From NCBI GenBank assembly GCA_963770835.1, contig CAVYRH010000012.1, positions 1 to 29,302 on the forward strand: a stretch of 29,302 nucleotides of DNA, read 5' to 3'. Source of the stretch: an uncultured Pseudomonadota bacterium (GTDB taxonomy: Bacteria > Oederibacteriota > Muellerivitia > Muellerivitales > Muellerivitaceae). Position 1 is the first letter of the stretch. The number at the start of each line of letters is the position of its first letter. The notes beneath the pieces were generated by a model. The model saw nothing but the letters and a program-made list of their open reading frames with translations, was not told where the DNA came from and did no database searches. Shown piece after piece: positions 9,681 through 18,242 of the stretch. Made by a program: the position numbers and the translations under genes.

Positions 9681-10735
9681 GTGGACCCAAAAGACTCAGC
9701 TTAAGCTCGATCGCCGGGAAAAAACTTGAGGAGCATTTCGGGGACGGGGAGGTCGTGAAAGCGACCATCGCCGGGGCATCCCTCGAGGAGTTCAGCAAGA
9801 CTTGGAAAAAAGGGGTTGCCTATCCCATTCCCCTGGATTGGATTGACTTCGAGGATACCCGGATCAAGAACCGGAAGAAGATCGAGGAAACGGAAGTCGC
9901 CGAACTCGCCCACAGCATCATGACCAAGGGACAACAGGCCCCCATCCTGGTCAAGTTTGGGGACAAGGGGAAGCTGATAATAGCCTACGGCTGGCACCGT
10001 TCCCTAGCTTGCCGGCAGGCGGGACTCACGACCGTCGAAGGAAGGGTCACGGACGCATCCGATACCGAATGCCGCGAGTTGGCCCTTATCGAAAACCTCA
10101 TCCGGAGGCAGCTCAAGCCCTTCGACGAGGCCAAGGCAATCTTCGACTTGAAAAGCATGGACCAGCTCCCCATTTCCGATATCGCCGCTATATCGGAAAA
10201 GGACGAAAAATCCATCTACGCCATTTTACAAATCTTCGACTTCCCCGTCATCGTAGCCGCCTTGGAGGAGGGGAGGATCTCCAGCCTCACCACCGCCCGG
10301 CATCTTGCGGCGAAAGCCCGCCCGAAAAACTTGTCCGAGGAAAACCAGCGGAAAATAATCGACGCCCTGGCTTCCCGCGAAATCCGGGTCCAGGATATCG
10401 ACTACGTCATGGACCACGAGGACAAGCTCGAAGCCCTCGGCGCCGGGGCAATCATGCCTTCCGCCGCGACCCCATCTGAATTGGGCGGGGATGGAACAGG
10501 GAAAGCCGAGAACCAAAAACCGGCGAAAACGCCATGGGCCGTTCGGTCCTATTTCCAAAAATTCGCCGACGGGAAGATTTCTTTCTTCACGCCGAAACTC
10601 TCCTCCAAGACCGACTTGAGGGAATTGAAAAAAATCCTGGGAGAAAACGCGAAGTTCAGCGAAAGCCTGGACAAGATAATCGGGTCGGTAGAGAAAGCGG
10701 GCAAAACCGAGAAAGGGAAGGGCAGGAAGAAATGA
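9677..10735 (+). CDS. parB: ParB-family partition protein
   Basis: ELAHSI..KGQQAPILV, YGWHRSLA (GxxR variant), ALIENLIRRQL, HTH; ATGA overlap with parA. Confidence 0.88.
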   Translation: MSGPKRLSLSSIAGKKLEEHFGDGEVVKATIAGASLEEFSKTWKKGVAYPIPLDWIDFEDTRIKNRKKIEETEVAELAHSIMTKGQQAPILVKFGDKGKLIIAYGWHRSLACRQAGLTTVEGRVTDASDTECRELALIENLIRRQLKPFDEAKAIFDLKSMDQLPISDIAAISEKDEKSIYAILQIFDFPVIVAALEEGRISSLTTARHLAAKARPKNLSEENQRKIIDALASREIRVQDIDYVMDHEDKLEALGAGAIMPSAATPSELGGDGTGKAENQKPAKTPWAVRSYFQKFADGKISFFTPKLSSKTDLRELKKILGENAKFSESLDKIIGSVEKAGKTEKGKGRKK

Positions 10736-12690
10736 GCCTTGAGGAATACTACGCCTACGGCATAAGGATCTTCGGGGCCGCGGCCGCCGTCCGCTTCCTG
10801 CTGGAAGTTTTCCTGGGTGTCCCGCCTTCCCTGGGTTGGCTTGATTATGTCGGGTCAGCTTTGGCGATCTACCTGGGTTACCTCTTGGCGCGGCAGAAGA
10901 ATTTGACGGATTACGACCGGATCATCGCGGTCGCCCCATTTTTTCTCCTGCTCAAGCATTTCCTCAATGGCATGCTCACGGGGGTCGGTTTCCCCCTGTT
11001 CCTGGCCGTGCCGTTCGAGATCATGTTGTGCCTGACCGCCTATTCCTTTCTTCGCGTCGTCGAACCCAAGAAGAAACCCGTCAAGGCGACAACGGAGGAA
11101 TTGGGGCCCTACCCGATTATCCTCAACCAAGCGGAAAACCAATTCATCACGACGAGGCAATCCACCGAGCATATCCAGGTGATTGGCAAGAGCGGTTCCG
11201 GGAAGACCGCCAGCTATTTTCTAAGCGCGGCAAATCAGGTCATCCAATATGGGCTCGGGACGTTCATTCTCGACCCCAAGTCCGAGGAGATCGACAAGCT
11301 GGTCTACTACGCCTGTGAGGCGGGGCGGATCGGAAGTTTCTACAGCCTTGACCTTTTAAACCCGAACCGGAGTGTCCGCTGCAATCCCTTATGCAAATTC
11401 ACCTACGACGAGAAAGGGAACAAGGTTCCCGATTCGGATGTCGCGGCCAACGTCGCCTACAACGCCCTTTACTTCGCCGATACCGGGGGGGAACCCCATT
11501 GGAGGCAATTAGGCCAGGCCTTCCTCAAGAATTTCACGGTGCTTTTTCACAAGAAATTTCCCGTCATCACCTTCGCCGATTATTACCACGTCGTGGCCGC
11601 CGAACTCGAATCCTTCCGAAGCATCCAGGTTCTTTGTGACATGTATCCCGAAACCATCGAGGCGCAATACTTCCAGAACCATTGGATCAACACCTCGACC
11701 ACGGAGAAAAAAAAGGTTCTCGCGGGATTATTGAACCACCTATCGGCCTTCGTGACGGGAAAATGGGCGCCGCTCATCAATTGCCGTAAACCCGATATAA
11801 CCATGCAAAGGGTCGTCGAGGAGAACCTGATTTTTCACCTGGGGACGGCCGCCATGGTATACCCCAGCGACTACAAGGCCATCACGGTCGCATTCCTCTA
11901 CGACCTTATGGCCGAGATAGGAAAGAGGGATAAAGACGATAAGCCCATATTCCATGTTTTCCTGGATGAATTCCATAATGCGGTGTACCCCGGATTCGCC
12001 GATATCATCAACAAGTCCAGGAGCAAGGACGTTTCCATCCACCTTGGCCACCAGAGTTTCGGGGACTTGAACCAGGTCAGCGATTCGTTCGAGACCCAAA
12101 TCATCGACAACACGACAACCAAAATTTGCTTCCGTATCCTGAACGACCAAACCGCGGACCGCCTGTCCCGGATCATCGGGACCAAGGAAGCCGAAATCAT
12201 CAACGTCCGGTCGTTCAAGACAAACGCCGGGATACTCGGCGGAAGGAGTGAGGCCGGCCAAACGGAGAAAGGGAAGGGGGAGCGCGATTTCATAGTCCCC
12301 CCGGACGTATTCAAGAATCTTCAAAAGGGGGAGGCCGTTGGCTTCGTCACCTACGAGAGCGGCGTGACGAGTTTCCAGATGCAGTTCGACCTCGCCCCAT
12401 TCCCGCCCAACAGCTTCGACTATCGGGATTTCCTGCCCATCCGCAACGACCACCTGAAGCTCGTCGAGAAGTCGTTGCCTTTGGACTACCGCGAGGTCGT
12501 GGCCACCGTAAAAGGAGCCGAAAAGGGGAAAGGCTCGGAAGAGCCGGAGAAAGAGGAGCAGAAAATAAGCTTCGATAAGGACAACGTCCTGGAGGAATTG
12601 GGTAAGCTTAAAAAGGATATGCTAAACAACCGGCGGCCCAGAAAGACTTCTGGGCCAGCGGCCCCGGTCGGGGAAAGCCCGGAAGCCTGA
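10732..12690 (+). CDS. Type IV coupling protein (TraD/VirD4-like)
   Basis: N-terminal TMs, HIQVIGKSGSGKT, ILDPK, FLDEF, SRSKDV....HQSFGDL; ATGA overlap with parB. Confidence 0.9.
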   Translation: MSLEEYYAYGIRIFGAAAAVRFLLEVFLGVPPSLGWLDYVGSALAIYLGYLLARQKNLTDYDRIIAVAPFFLLLKHFLNGMLTGVGFPLFLAVPFEIMLCLTAYSFLRVVEPKKKPVKATTEELGPYPIILNQAENQFITTRQSTEHIQVIGKSGSGKTASYFLSAANQVIQYGLGTFILDPKSEEIDKLVYYACEAGRIGSFYSLDLLNPNRSVRCNPLCKFTYDEKGNKVPDSDVAANVAYNALYFADTGGEPHWRQLGQAFLKNFTVLFHKKFPVITFADYYHVVAAELESFRSIQVLCDMYPETIEAQYFQNHWINTSTTEKKKVLAGLLNHLSAFVTGKWAPLINCRKPDITMQRVVEENLIFHLGTAAMVYPSDYKAITVAFLYDLMAEIGKRDKDDKPIFHVFLDEFHNAVYPGFADIINKSRSKDVSIHLGHQSFGDLNQVSDSFETQIIDNTTTKICFRILNDQTADRLSRIIGTKEAEIINVRSFKTNAGILGGRSEAGQTEKGKGERDFIVPPDVFKNLQKGEAVGFVTYESGVTSFQMQFDLAPFPPNSFDYRDFLPIRNDHLKLVEKSLPLDYREVVATVKGAEKGKGSEEPEKEEQKISFDKDNVLEELGKLKKDMLNNRRPRKTSGPAAPVGESPEA

Positions 12691-12731
12691 TTTACTAACC
12701 TGTAGAGCTTTATTTTTAAAGGCCAATAATT

Positions 12732-13553
12732 ATGCTAATCGAAGAAACGGAATTAAAAATATTCACGGATGGTTCCCAATATTCCAGCCCAAGAAAAGGC
12801 GGGGTCGGAATCCTTTTTGTTACGGTAGACGAGGCTGGTAACGAAGTGGCGGAACCATTGGTCGTTCCGGGTTACAAATATTCAACAAACAATCAAATGG
12901 AGGTCCAAGCGGCCTTGATTGCCTTAAAGGAGACTATTAGGCACAAGGATTTGAACCGGTTTAAGAAGGTGATAATTTTCTCTGACTCGATGTACCTGGT
13001 TGAAAATTTCAAAAATGCCCTCTTTAACTGGTCCAGGAATGGTTGGAGGAATTTTGACGGAAAGCCCATTTCGAATGCGGATATCTGGAAGGATTTATTG
13101 AAACAGGTAAAAAGTCTCCGGCAATTAGGAACAACCGTCGACTTCAAGTGGGTCAAGGGGCATTCCAAAAACGAATTCAACAAGGAGGCGGACCGTCTCG
13201 CCAAACAGTCCGCGAAAAATCCGTTAAATGAACCCATCCTTGTTCAATCGATAAGGCGGAAATGGTTCCCAGGGGTAACGGAACCGGGGGTGGTCAAATT
13301 ACACGGGCAAAGGATACAGGTCGGGATTCTTTCCACGGTTCCTTTGAGGATGGGAAGGGGCTACCAGCACCGTTACCAAGTTTTGTCAAAACGAAGCGAA
13401 TTTTACAAGAAGATCGATTTAATTTTTTCGGACAATTTTTTGGTGAGTGATGGGCATTGTTACAACGTTCGGGTTAATGATGACAATGCCTACCCGAAAA
13501 TTTTAGAGGTTTATTCCGAGTTCAATTTTAAAACTAGGGAGAAGATCTCTTGA
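12732..13553 (+). CDS. Ribonuclease HI with ~100 aa C-terminal extension
   Basis: FTDGS, TNNQMEV, SDSMY, NADIW, WVKGHS, NKEADRLA; all catalytic motifs present. Confidence 0.88.
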   Translation: MLIEETELKIFTDGSQYSSPRKGGVGILFVTVDEAGNEVAEPLVVPGYKYSTNNQMEVQAALIALKETIRHKDLNRFKKVIIFSDSMYLVENFKNALFNWSRNGWRNFDGKPISNADIWKDLLKQVKSLRQLGTTVDFKWVKGHSKNEFNKEADRLAKQSAKNPLNEPILVQSIRRKWFPGVTEPGVVKLHGQRIQVGILSTVPLRMGRGYQHRYQVLSKRSEFYKKIDLIFSDNFLVSDGHCYNVRVNDDNAYPKILEVYSEFNFKTREKIS

Positions 13554-13567
13554 GGAATCTTCATTTG

Positions 13568-13585
13568 ATTCTCATATGTGAGAAT
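13568..13585. repeat. Palindrome TTCTCAC(A/G)TGTGAGAA family, copy 1 of 4
   Basis: ATTCTCATATGTGAGAAT upstream of the relaxase gene. Confidence 0.7.
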
Positions 13586-13626
13586 AAACAAACTATAACG
13601 ACAAATTAAGGCAGTTTGACCACCAA

Positions 13627-14460
13627 ATGAATGCTCTCCGCCCCGACGACTATGCCAAGCTCATCTACATACACAGCAATCGAACCATGGACTTTCAGCT
13701 ATTTCGGTACAAGTTCTTCCCGAACAAGTCTCACGTCACCGCTTGGAAGGTCATCCAACGCTACGCCAAGCCGGGGAATGAGTACGTCGAGATCCTTCAA
13801 AGGTCGCACTTCGAGAAGGCCGTCTTTCGCCTTACCCGTAAGGCGATCACGGAGCTCCGGGACAAGCAGCTGGCCCTCGTCACCTACGTCCACCCCGTTT
13901 CCATCAATTGGGACCATGTCCAGCATCACCACCGGGTTGTGTCGCTCCGGATCGTTTTGGAAAGGAACCCCTATTTTCAGGACGTGTTTTGGGTGTCGGA
14001 TTATGAAATGGCCTGTGGGATCGGTCGGGAGGCCAAGTGGAACTACCGCCTTAAGGATTTCGGGGGTAGGGAGGAATACTCCCGCTCTTGGAAAAGCCAA
14101 AATTTCTACCGGGTGCCGGATGGCTACTTCGAGGCCTTGATCGGGACTAAGCACATTCCATTCGTATTGGAATACGAACACAAGGAATACTCGGCGGAAA
14201 AGGTCTTTGGGGTCATCCGCGGGTTGGAAGAGGACTTCGCGCCAACCAACAAGCTCTTTGTCTGCCAGGACGAGAAAAACGCCGTCCGTCTCAACAACCT
14301 CATCTGGACTTGTATGGACGCATCAAGGCGGCGGACCATCAACCGAAAACTTTGGCTCATCACCGACTTCGAAAGCGCCATCCATAAACCCTTTGAGGAA
14401 GCCTTCAAACCCATCGAAAAGCCACGGGAAAAAGCCCTAAAACCGAAGGTAAAGGCCTAA
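13627..14460 (+). CDS. Replication-relaxation (Replic_Relax)-like relaxase
   Basis: N-terminal wHTH-like region, HVQHH, W.S.YE, RVPDGYF, FVLEYE (PD-(D/E)xK-like); near T4CP and a large hairpin. Confidence 0.65.
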   Translation: MNALRPDDYAKLIYIHSNRTMDFQLFRYKFFPNKSHVTAWKVIQRYAKPGNEYVEILQRSHFEKAVFRLTRKAITELRDKQLALVTYVHPVSINWDHVQHHHRVVSLRIVLERNPYFQDVFWVSDYEMACGIGREAKWNYRLKDFGGREEYSRSWKSQNFYRVPDGYFEALIGTKHIPFVLEYEHKEYSAEKVFGVIRGLEEDFAPTNKLFVCQDEKNAVRLNNLIWTCMDASRRRTINRKLWLITDFESAIHKPFEEAFKPIEKPREKALKPKVKA

Positions 14461-14467
14461 AACCAAA

Positions 14468-14489
14468 GAATTCTCACGTGTGAGAATTC
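14468..14489. repeat. Palindrome copy 2 of 4
   Basis: GAATTCTCACGTGTGAGAATTC just after the relaxase stop. Confidence 0.75.
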
Positions 14490-14550
14490 CGAAAAAGGTT
14501 AAAACCGTATTAACCTTTTTCTTTCATAAAATCCTTATCCCACAAGGCTT

Positions 14551-14646
14551 TTACCACCCGCTTGCGCCCCGACCCCGCTCTCCCAATGTCACATAGAGAT
14601 GTGCCAGTTGGTTTGAGAGCGGGGTCGGGGCGCAAGCGGGTGGTAA
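14551..14646. other. Perfect 32-bp inverted repeat, candidate oriT
   Basis: TTACCACCCGCTTGCGCCCCGACCCCGCTCTC 14551-14582 and its exact reverse complement 14615-14646; the loop has further pairing. Confidence 0.55.
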
Positions 14647-14826
14647 GTGTAATGTGATTTTATGTTTGGTTTTTTAAAACGAAAGTCAGAAGCGAAAGGA
14701 TCAATTTTCAGCCGAGGTTCATGGCTGAAAATTGGAAATCGGCCGAGCCGATTTCAGAAAGGTTTGATTCCGGGTCCCAGGGTGGTTCGTCCTGGAACCC
14801 GGAATCCTCCAAAGCCTTTTTAAAAG

Positions 14827-14840
14827 TCTCACATGTGAGA
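14827..14840. repeat. Palindrome copy 3 of 4
   Basis: TCTCACATGTGAGA. Confidence 0.75.
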
Positions 14841-15012
14841 ATAAAATAAAGTTTATGACAATTAAACCACCACTTTAAGGTCTTTAGCTTCCAGCGGTTG
14901 GCGAAACCAACCCAAGAACCCAAACTTCCGGTAAGCGGAAGTCACCTTGCCGCAGCTCCGGCGGCGGTTTTCGCCGGGGCCGCTTGTTATAATCCCTAAG
15001 AGGGGTTTCGGG

Positions 15013-15207
15013 ATGGAGTTCTGCAAGCTTTGTAAAAAGGAATTAACCGTAAGGGACAAGGACGGGGTCCATCGGGGTTGCCAGGAATGGATCAACAAAC
15101 TGGAATCCGGCGACGTCGTTGACTTGTTTCCGGAGATTCCGAGTTGGCCCAAAAGATACAAGCGTGAATATTTGGAAGATTCAGAATCTGAAAAGGATTT
15201 GGGTTAA
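15013..15207 (+). CDS. Small putative zinc-finger protein
   Basis: MEFCKLC...HRGC; extended -10 TGTTATAAT and GAGGGG RBS upstream. Confidence 0.5.
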   Translation: MEFCKLCKKELTVRDKDGVHRGCQEWINKLESGDVVDLFPEIPSWPKRYKREYLEDSESEKDLG

Positions 15208-15291
15208 TAACGGTTATCCCGAATTTTGTTCGGTATAAAAATTGTTATACCGAAAAGAACTTGACAACAACTTTATATTTCAGGGGTTTAC

Positions 15292-15636
15292 TTGAAGCTC
15301 AGGATCAACAACATCGAGTTTCTGCAGAAAAAATTCATGGCTGGCCGCCTGTTCTTCAAGGCCTACTTCGACCTGGACGAATCCCTTGGGAACGTCTATT
15401 CGGCCATATACATGGCCCAGGAAGATCCGGCCAGCCCCGTGGGTTTCGAATTCGAGGGCGGCATTTTGGACGCGCCCAAAAGCAAGAATGGCAAAAAGAT
15501 TTCCGACATTGGGCGAGTCGCGCGCCGGGCAATAATGCGGGAGACATTGGGGCGGGCATTGGAAAAACAGCTAATCACCACTGAGGTTTTTTCGGTGTCG
15601 ATGGCCGCCATTGGGAAAGATTCGGAAATTCCTTAA
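15292..15636 (+). CDS. Hypothetical protein (114 aa)
   Basis: Plausible composition, AGGGG RBS, TTGACA upstream; no motif recognised. Confidence 0.55.
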   Translation: MKLRINNIEFLQKKFMAGRLFFKAYFDLDESLGNVYSAIYMAQEDPASPVGFEFEGGILDAPKSKNGKKISDIGRVARRAIMRETLGRALEKQLITTEVFSVSMAAIGKDSEIP

Positions 15637-15928
15637 AAAGCACTCCCCCGAAACTTTTATAAAATAGTTATATAATGTTCTTGACAAAATTACTGTGTTT
15701 AGTTGGGGTGTTTTCTGTTTTCAGCTTCATCGAGGTCTTTAAAAACATTAAACACCCCGCATTGAGGGTTCTGGCAAATGAACCTGACTTTTTGTTTTTT
15801 GGGTTTTCCTGGGTCGGAGATGGGTTTGCGGTCTATTTCTTTTAATTCCGAATTGCATGATTCACAGAGAGGCATCGAAACTCCTTCTACATCTTTTTGA
15901 GCTCCTGTTAATTATAACGTGGCCGGGG

Positions 15929-15945
15929 ATTCTCACATGTGAGAA
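15929..15945. repeat. Palindrome copy 4 of 4
   Basis: ATTCTCACATGTGAGAA. Confidence 0.75.
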
Positions 15946-16205
15946 CCCGGACGGATAGTCAAAAAAGGTGGTTTTTGCCCTTTGCATTTAAAGGCCGTTT
16001 TTTGGGGTCGATTTTTTCGGCCAGGGTGATGAGACTTTGTGGTCCATTTGGCGGCCTAAAAGAATACAACCGTATACTTTTTGGTGGCAAGCCTTTCGGC
16101 TTGAGGGACTTTGGAATTTCCCCTCGCCCCCTCCCACCGGGCTGTCCCCGGGGGGACACTCCCCCAACCATCTACATTGACAGGCACCCTTGCGCCAGCG
16201 CAGAT

Positions 16206-16282
16206 GCGGCGCTAGCTCAAGGGTAGAGCGCCCAAGTTCGCCACTTGGGGGGTTGCGGGTTCGATTCCCGTGCGCCGCTTCA
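16206..16282 (+). tRNA. Atypical tRNA (Gly-like acceptor end) with a 19-nt anticodon arm
   Basis: Acceptor GCGGCGC/GCGCCGC, discriminator T then TCA; D arm GCTC/GAGC; T arm GCGGG-TTCGATT-CCCGT; anticodon arm CCCAAGTTCGCCACTTGGG. Confidence 0.75.
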
Positions 16283-16430
16283 TCTTTTCCCAGGGTAGGC
16301 CGCCTGTCAATGTCCACCCTTGACACCTGAACTTCCCGGCGTAAGAATTTCAATTGAAGGGATCGGGATTGGCGAGCACACCAGGACCGGAAACGTTCCT
16401 GGGTGGCCTTAACTGGCTGCAGGTTCCTTT

Positions 16431-16463
16431 AAAAAGGTTCCGGTTCTCCGGGGCCTTTTTTTA
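16431..16463 (+). terminator. Intrinsic terminator
   Basis: AAAAAGGTTCCGG-TTCT-CCGGGGCC followed by a T run. Confidence 0.65.
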
Positions 16464-16489
16464 TTTCACTTCACTCTTGGGGGTTTTCC

Positions 16490-16684
16490 TTGCCGCGTTT
16501 TGCTCCGGGGGTCGAGGTTTATCACAAGCAGTCCATGGCCATCGGCCGGGTCGTTTCCGTTCGTGGGGATTCCCTTACGGTCCATCTTTCCGAGAGGATG
16601 GCGGACCAGGTCTGGGGTGTTTCAGAGGTCGAGGTTTACGACCACGAAAAGGTCGCACGGATCATCCAGGGCAAGGATTCCTGA
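16490..16684 (+). CDS. Small SH3/KOW-like hypothetical protein
   Basis: F.PG..V.H.....GRVVSV.GD.LTV.L beta-barrel-like pattern; TTG start. Confidence 0.4.
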   Translation: MPRFAPGVEVYHKQSMAIGRVVSVRGDSLTVHLSERMADQVWGVSEVEVYDHEKVARIIQGKDS

Positions 16685-17323
16685 TTTAATGCCTTGAAGG
16701 GGGAAGGGAATAGGGAGCCGCTGGCTACGCCTTCGGCACTTCCCTCTTCCCTGGTATTCCCCCTGGGTCGAGCTTCCCTTCACTCCGTTCCGGGCGATCT
16801 CTCCCCACCCCTTTACCCGGGGGCGTTAGCCCCCAAGCCCCTAAACAAAAGGGCTTCCCTTTTGTAATTCCCTTCCGCTTTGCGTGCGCTTCCGCGATCC
16901 GCTTTCCTCGGGGGACTCCCCTTCCCTTTTCCTTTGGGTTCCCCACCAATAGAGTCGTCTTGAGAAGAAGCCGGCTCCGTTGGTCCCCCCGCAAAGGCGG
17001 TTCCCCGCCCGGTCCACAACAACCGCGGCCCTGGCAGGAAACCGATAAAGGTAAGGGGTCTTCGCGTCCTCAAGGCCGTTTCCAAAAAGGAAAAGTTCGG
17101 TGTCGGCTCAAAAAATACCACCTCGATTTCCCTTTTTGTAAAACCTCCGCTTGAAGCCTGGCGGCTTCCCTGCCTTTCGGGTCTAGTGGCAGCACCAAGA
17201 GGTAAAAGCCTTCAGCTTTCCTATTCCCCACTTCCCTTCCCCATCTGGTGGATCCTCCAAAGGTTGACGTGCCGGCCGCCGCAAAGACCGCGTGTGCCGG
17301 CGATCTTTTGGATCCCATTTATT

Positions 17324-17607
17324 GGGTCGAAGCCGGCCCAAACCCCCGCCATGACCAGTGAAGATTCCTTTGAAAATTTATTTCTTTAAGATGCGCCGAC
17401 TGCGAGGCACCTCCCACGCCAATCCGAAACCGGGATTGTCATGTGAGGCAAGGCCGACGCCGCTTTCGCTTTGTGAATAAATCCCCAAGACGGAATCCCC
17501 TTCTTAATTTCCAGCCCCGCCGCCGGTTTGTGCCGGCGGGGCCGGAAATTTAAAAGTCCCGCAAAAGAGGCCGAAGGCCCCAGGCAAAAAAATAAAGGAG
17601 CAAGTCA
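17324..17607 (+). repeat. Conserved structured leader A, copy 1
   Basis: Near-identical to 20292-20619; multiple stem-loops; ends in AAGGAG RBS. Confidence 0.85.
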
Positions 17608-17916
17608 ATGGGACTGCAAATCGAAGTGAAGGATATGAAAAAAACCAAAAAGGAGGACACCAAGACCTTAGCGTTTTTCAAGGTCACGGTATCAGTGGAC
17701 GGTGAGCCGGTTATCACCCTGCCGAATTACCGATTGGTCAAGACCGACAAGGGTTTGAAGGTGGACGCCGCAATCCACGAGGTCAAGCAAGCGAAGGAGC
17801 AAGGTGGAAAGCCTGAATTCATCAAGTGCTACTACCCATTCAACAACCTCAACGAAAAGGTTCTGCCCGAAGCCGAGAAGGTCTACAAGGCTCTCCCGGT
17901 GAAAAAGGGCAAATAA
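17608..17916 (+). CDS. SpoVG-like protein, family A copy 1
   Basis: TLAFFKVTV...LPNYRLVKTDKGLKV...YYPFNNLNEKVL..Y. Confidence 0.6.
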   Translation: MGLQIEVKDMKKTKKEDTKTLAFFKVTVSVDGEPVITLPNYRLVKTDKGLKVDAAIHEVKQAKEQGGKPEFIKCYYPFNNLNEKVLPEAEKVYKALPVKKGK

Positions 17917-17988
17917 GAGGAACAGCCCCGCCGGGGGCGCCGCCGAAAACGGCGCTACCCGGCAACATTTTTTTAGAAGGGGGAAAGA

Positions 17989-18171
17989 ATGTTTTTTATT
18001 CAGGTCAAAAATTCTTGGACTGGTCAGCTTGCCGGGGCTATAAGTGAAACGGACTCGGAAGCCTTTGATATGGTTCTACAGGAAAAAGGTTGGAAACCCT
18101 GGGACGTCCAGATCGTCGTAAGGGAACAAATAGACCCAAGCCTTTACCGCCAGGAGGATTTAAAGGGCTAG
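17989..18171 (+). CDS. Small hypothetical protein (60 aa)
   Basis: Purine-rich RBS, follows the SpoVG-like gene. Confidence 0.45.
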   Translation: MFFIQVKNSWTGQLAGAISETDSEAFDMVLQEKGWKPWDVQIVVREQIDPSLYRQEDLKG

Positions 18172-18174
18172 AAC

Positions 18175-18203
18175 TTGACGTGTGCCACAAATGTCGCTAC
18201 AAT
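18175..18203 (+). promoter_or_regulatory. Promoter TTGACG-17-TACAAT with overlapping operator-like repeats
   Basis: TGTGCCACAA and TGTCGCTACAA in spacer and -10; related to the motif at 21745-21782. Confidence 0.6.
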
Positions 18204-18242
18204 TTATTTACGGTTATACGAACGCGAGGGAAACGAGGACTT

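Noticed and set aside
14535..14545. DnaA box
   Set aside because: TTATCCCACA does not match TTATCCACA and is isolated
16206..16282. tRNA as the integration (att) site of the element
   Set aside because: Element-type sequence continues on both sides; no duplicated 3' fragment or integrase found in the window
15939..16353. ORFs spanning the tRNA region
   Set aside because: No RBS or motifs, and they overlap the tRNA and palindromes
16355..16430. SRP RNA or c-di-GMP riboswitch
   Set aside because: The GAAA hairpin lacks the SRP AGCAG internal loop and the c-di-GMP-I two-stem motif
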